64,000 bases of DNA, taken from contig NC_087437.1 in assembly GCF_036321535.1 (NCBI RefSeq), positions 107,944,001-108,008,000 of the forward strand. Reading direction: 5' to 3'. Under the pieces are notes generated by a model. That model was not told the origin of the DNA. It was given only the letters and a program-made list of their open reading frames with translations, and did no database searches. The position numbers were made by a program, and so were the translations under genes. The DNA comes from Camelus dromedarius. Its lineage: Eukaryota. Positions 60,298 through 64,000 of this stretch are shown piece after piece (positions within the stretch are counted from its first letter, which is position 1; the number at the start of each line of letters is the position of its first letter).

Positions 60298-63200
60298 CTT
60301 TATTTGGGTTTCTTGGTCCAAGTATTAAATTACATAATGAAAAAGGGTCACACAAAACAATTATATGTCTATTATTTAACTCAGAGATTTGGAAAAAAAG
60401 GAGTGAAAAAAGTGGAAACTTGTATACATCTGAATTACTTTTTATGCTTGCCTTAGAAAAAAACAGGAAAAAAAAAACCAAAAACGAAGCATCAACCTTA
60501 TATAAATTAAAGGTGATATAAATTTAATGTTGTATTGTTTCTTGAATACTCTAAGAAAGATAAAATAATAAATCACACTTAAGCCAAGACAATTTTCTTG
60601 AAAGCCACTATTTTCAATTTTGGATAAAGTGTCTGTCATTGGCTTTCTCTCAATCTCTTCTTTCTCTTTCAGTTTGCATTCTTCATCTATCCTGAGTACA
60701 GAAGATGCTATAAAATAAATAGCTTGAAACATTTATTAAGGACACATTTATTTCATCTGTTCAGCTTGGTTTCAAAAGTTATCTGGGAGAGAATCTCTGC
60801 TCTAGACACGAACAAACACTGAAGGTTCACAAGACCACCAAGCAATTTAAACATGTTATGAAATACTTAATTCTGAAAACTTTGGTTCATATTTGTTGGC
60901 CCATAATTTTTCAAAAACCTGACCCTAGAGCTCTGATACTTGAACTCATTTTAGCGTTTGTGAAGGTGTGGATTTGTTCTTTCCCATTACAGTGGGAAAT
61001 AGAAGAATCCAGTTTTGCTCACCCATGTCTGTTAAATAAATGGTGAGTATGCATTGACTTCATACACATCTTTAAATTTAATGTTTAAATATCAATATTA
61101 GTTGTATTCTTAAGAGCTGTATGTCTTTTTCATTATGTGTTCAATTTGGAAATCATTGTGGACTTCATGAGAAACATGACTTATTCTGTGAAGGTTACAG
61201 AGGACTTTATTTAGGATCAGGGAGAAACGTATTTGTATTACAGCACACCTGTCTACTTTGGGCCAACCTTATTTTAATCCAAACTTTCACAATAACTCCA
61301 AACCCCAAAATGTTCACTTTTCTACTCTCTCCCATTCTTTGTAAGAGTTCTCCTTTGCAACTGGCACCTGGGGTTCAATGAAAAGCAGCTTACAATTTTA
61401 GGACTTTAGAGGAGAAGATTTTTATAATTATTCTGAGAAAAAGAATAGAAAGAATAAGAAGCATCATAAAAATAATTGATTCTAGAAAAAACAGCCTGAT
61501 GTTTCACATACAGTAGGAAAGGATATTGTACACTTGAAAGGATTATTGTTTTAATCATGCATCCTACTAAGTGGCTGAGATGTTACAAGCAAAGGGATGT
61601 CTTGATGGGACATACATGATCAAAATTCCCAGGCAAGTGCGCTGTTGCACGTGGGCCAAGTGTGTATGAGCATGTGTGCGTGTGCACACTTGCATGTAGG
61701 TGCTCATATGTTTCAATGTAAATCCACTTGTGCTTGGACCTTTGAAAATATCCTGATTGGATTCTGTGTTATGAAAACCTCATTTTCATAACATACATTC
61801 AGAGGCAGGGAACCCTTAACATTCTGTGGCTGGAAGAGCCCTTGCTGGTGGCACGGTGGCTGAGCCAGCCTTCCTAAGGGTCACAGGAATTTTGCTTCAA
61901 AAAAAAAATAGCGTCAGGTCAACAAATTCCTTGTTTGTGTTCTGTTTATTTTCACAAGTCTGGGTTTCCTTTGATCTTGGGTGAACTCAAACTAATTTGG
62001 AATAAAATGAAAACAGCTCTCTGCTTCCCCACCTTTAATCAGTAACATCCCTAACTGTTTTAATTAGAAGAAAGAACAGTTCTGTGTCAGCTCCAAACAA
62101 AGGACACACAGTCCTGCGGTGGCAGATGGAGTTGAAGCTCAGGGTGGAAAGCAAGGCAGTACATATGAAATAGCGTTCGGCTCAATATTCTTAGGAAAAA
62201 GTAGTAAGGTTTTGCTTCACTTTAGTCTAAGTTACAGCACACCCTTTCCTCTTTATTTTTTGTTACTGCTTCTCCATCCTCCAGTAATTCTTCCAGCTCC
62301 ACCTCTGTTCCTAGTGGTACTGTAAGCCCCTGGCATATTTCTATAGGGGAATCTTGATTTTAATCCTTCACCCAATTTTGCTAAGTTGAGCATATGACTT
62401 TATCAAAAATGATATCAAAGTTGCACAGTAAAGACTGATACATTCACTCTTTAGTTGGAATCAAAGCACAACTTGCCAGCCGTCTTTCAGGAAACCAACC
62501 TGGTTAATAATAATTTTATTATTCCTATGCCCTGGGACTACTATAAGCTAGAGGTAGCAACAATTATTTTTATTCAACAGCATATACTAACACAGTTTAC
62601 TCAAAATACAAGATTTCATAAGCTACATCACTGGTTTCAAAATGGTGAAGACAGATTTCCAAATGCAACAAATACATGTATCTAATCTTAAATATATAGA
62701 GGTCTATTTCTGTTCAGATTATTTCCTAATTTTGTTCAGTTTCTTGCTAACTTTCTTATGAATTATACATAAGTAAGAATCTAAGCCTCTTTTCCACGTA
62801 TAATGATCCTATTTTCATGAACAGAAAGTCTAGCTGAAAACTATTAAAATTTGGATTCCAGAATTAGGCAGTGGAAGAGAAGAAGTAAAATGGAAAGTTA
62901 ACACACCCCTTCATTATACACGATGCAAAATGGTGCTTCATGCTGTTACCACTTAGTTTCGATCATTCTCTCTAGCTGGGCTTAAAGAGTTAGTTTCAAC
63001 TACTTGAAACTTGTTACAGGAATATCTAGACACTTCCTGTAGCTTAGAGTCAGCATGAAACTTCTGTTTATGGAATCAGAACTCTTGAGTCACTGTTCTG
63101 TTTCTTATCTGTATTATAAAAAATGATGAAATCATTTCTAAAGTCTTGAATAGCTTGCTATATGATACTGATTCTCAATGGAAATAACAGATGGTAGAAT

Positions 63201-64000
63201 TTCTCCCCTTCGGTTGCAATATTTTCAAATTTAGAGATTTTGTTATCTCAGTCACTGCATGTCTCTACCCCTGGTATCAGAAGTTTAAGCTATTTATACA
63301 ATGTACACATACCATGATATTCAATAAGATGATATTACAAAGTAAGTCAAATTCATAAGTTAGTGGAAGACAAGGAGCCCAACTAAAAAAAAATGGTTAA
63401 TAATTCATAAATAATAAAGAAGCATTTTTGTGCTAGTGTGTAGTTATGGGGGAGGGAAATATGCTTCTGTAGTTTTCCTCTGGCCACTGAGATCTTTTTT
63501 TCCCTTGTGCAGTTACCCTTTATTTAATGTTTAGCTGTCTAAGCTCTTTTTTCCATTAGTCTCAGCCTTTTCTCACTTCCTTCATTTTTCAGCAGAACTA
63601 GCTTTGACTTAGAATCTTTTCTGCAATGTTGCTATAAAATTGCCACCAGCAACCAAAATCAGCCAGCCGGCACACTACTAAAAGTGGTATAATTAGAATA
63701 AACTCCCCCATATATTTTTGTATGACCTTGCATTGACAAAATTAAAAAAAGAAAAAATGGGATGCTCTTTTCCTTTCTCTTTCAAGCAAGGGAATTAGTT
63801 CAGTTAAGCAAGTGGACAAGGATAAGATTCTTGAAAGAGGAGAGAAAAACAGTAAAATTTTAGTTTTTCTTTTGAAAAATCAATTTTATAAAAATGTCTC
63901 AGTACCACAGCTAAGGGTTTTCTTTTTCTTAAGCGTCACCATAAATATATCTTTATAGGGGGATCTTTAGTTACTGAAGGAAGATAACAGCACACTTGAA

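Overview
This is 64 kb of AT-rich, CpG-poor mammalian genomic DNA. It is most likely camelid (alpaca, vicuna or camel), because it carries tRNA-Ala-derived Vic-1-type SINEs. I recognise no protein-coding exon, functional RNA gene or CRISPR array. The listed ORFs are chance frames, microsatellite translations or decayed retroelement fragments (L1 ORF2, ERV-L integrase). The window reads as intergenic or deep-intronic sequence, and a large part of it is interspersed repeats: L1, L2, MIR, CR1/L3, hAT and Tigger DNA transposons, and many solo LTRs, several with readable target-site duplications (TSDs) and nested insertions. I do not see a clearly new biological system. The best leads are: (i) a MER41-like solo LTR with an intact STAT GAS motif, a candidate interferon-gamma-inducible enhancer, lying head-to-head with (ii) a young solo LTR whose terminal 51 bp are duplicated; (iii) a young betaretrovirus-type solo LTR with a perfect 6-bp TSD; (iv) an unclassified CpG-rich LTR inside an L1; and (v) a tail-only retrotransposition scar. 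Repeat family names come from recalled consensus similarity, not a database search. Boundaries are approximate unless a TSD is quoted.
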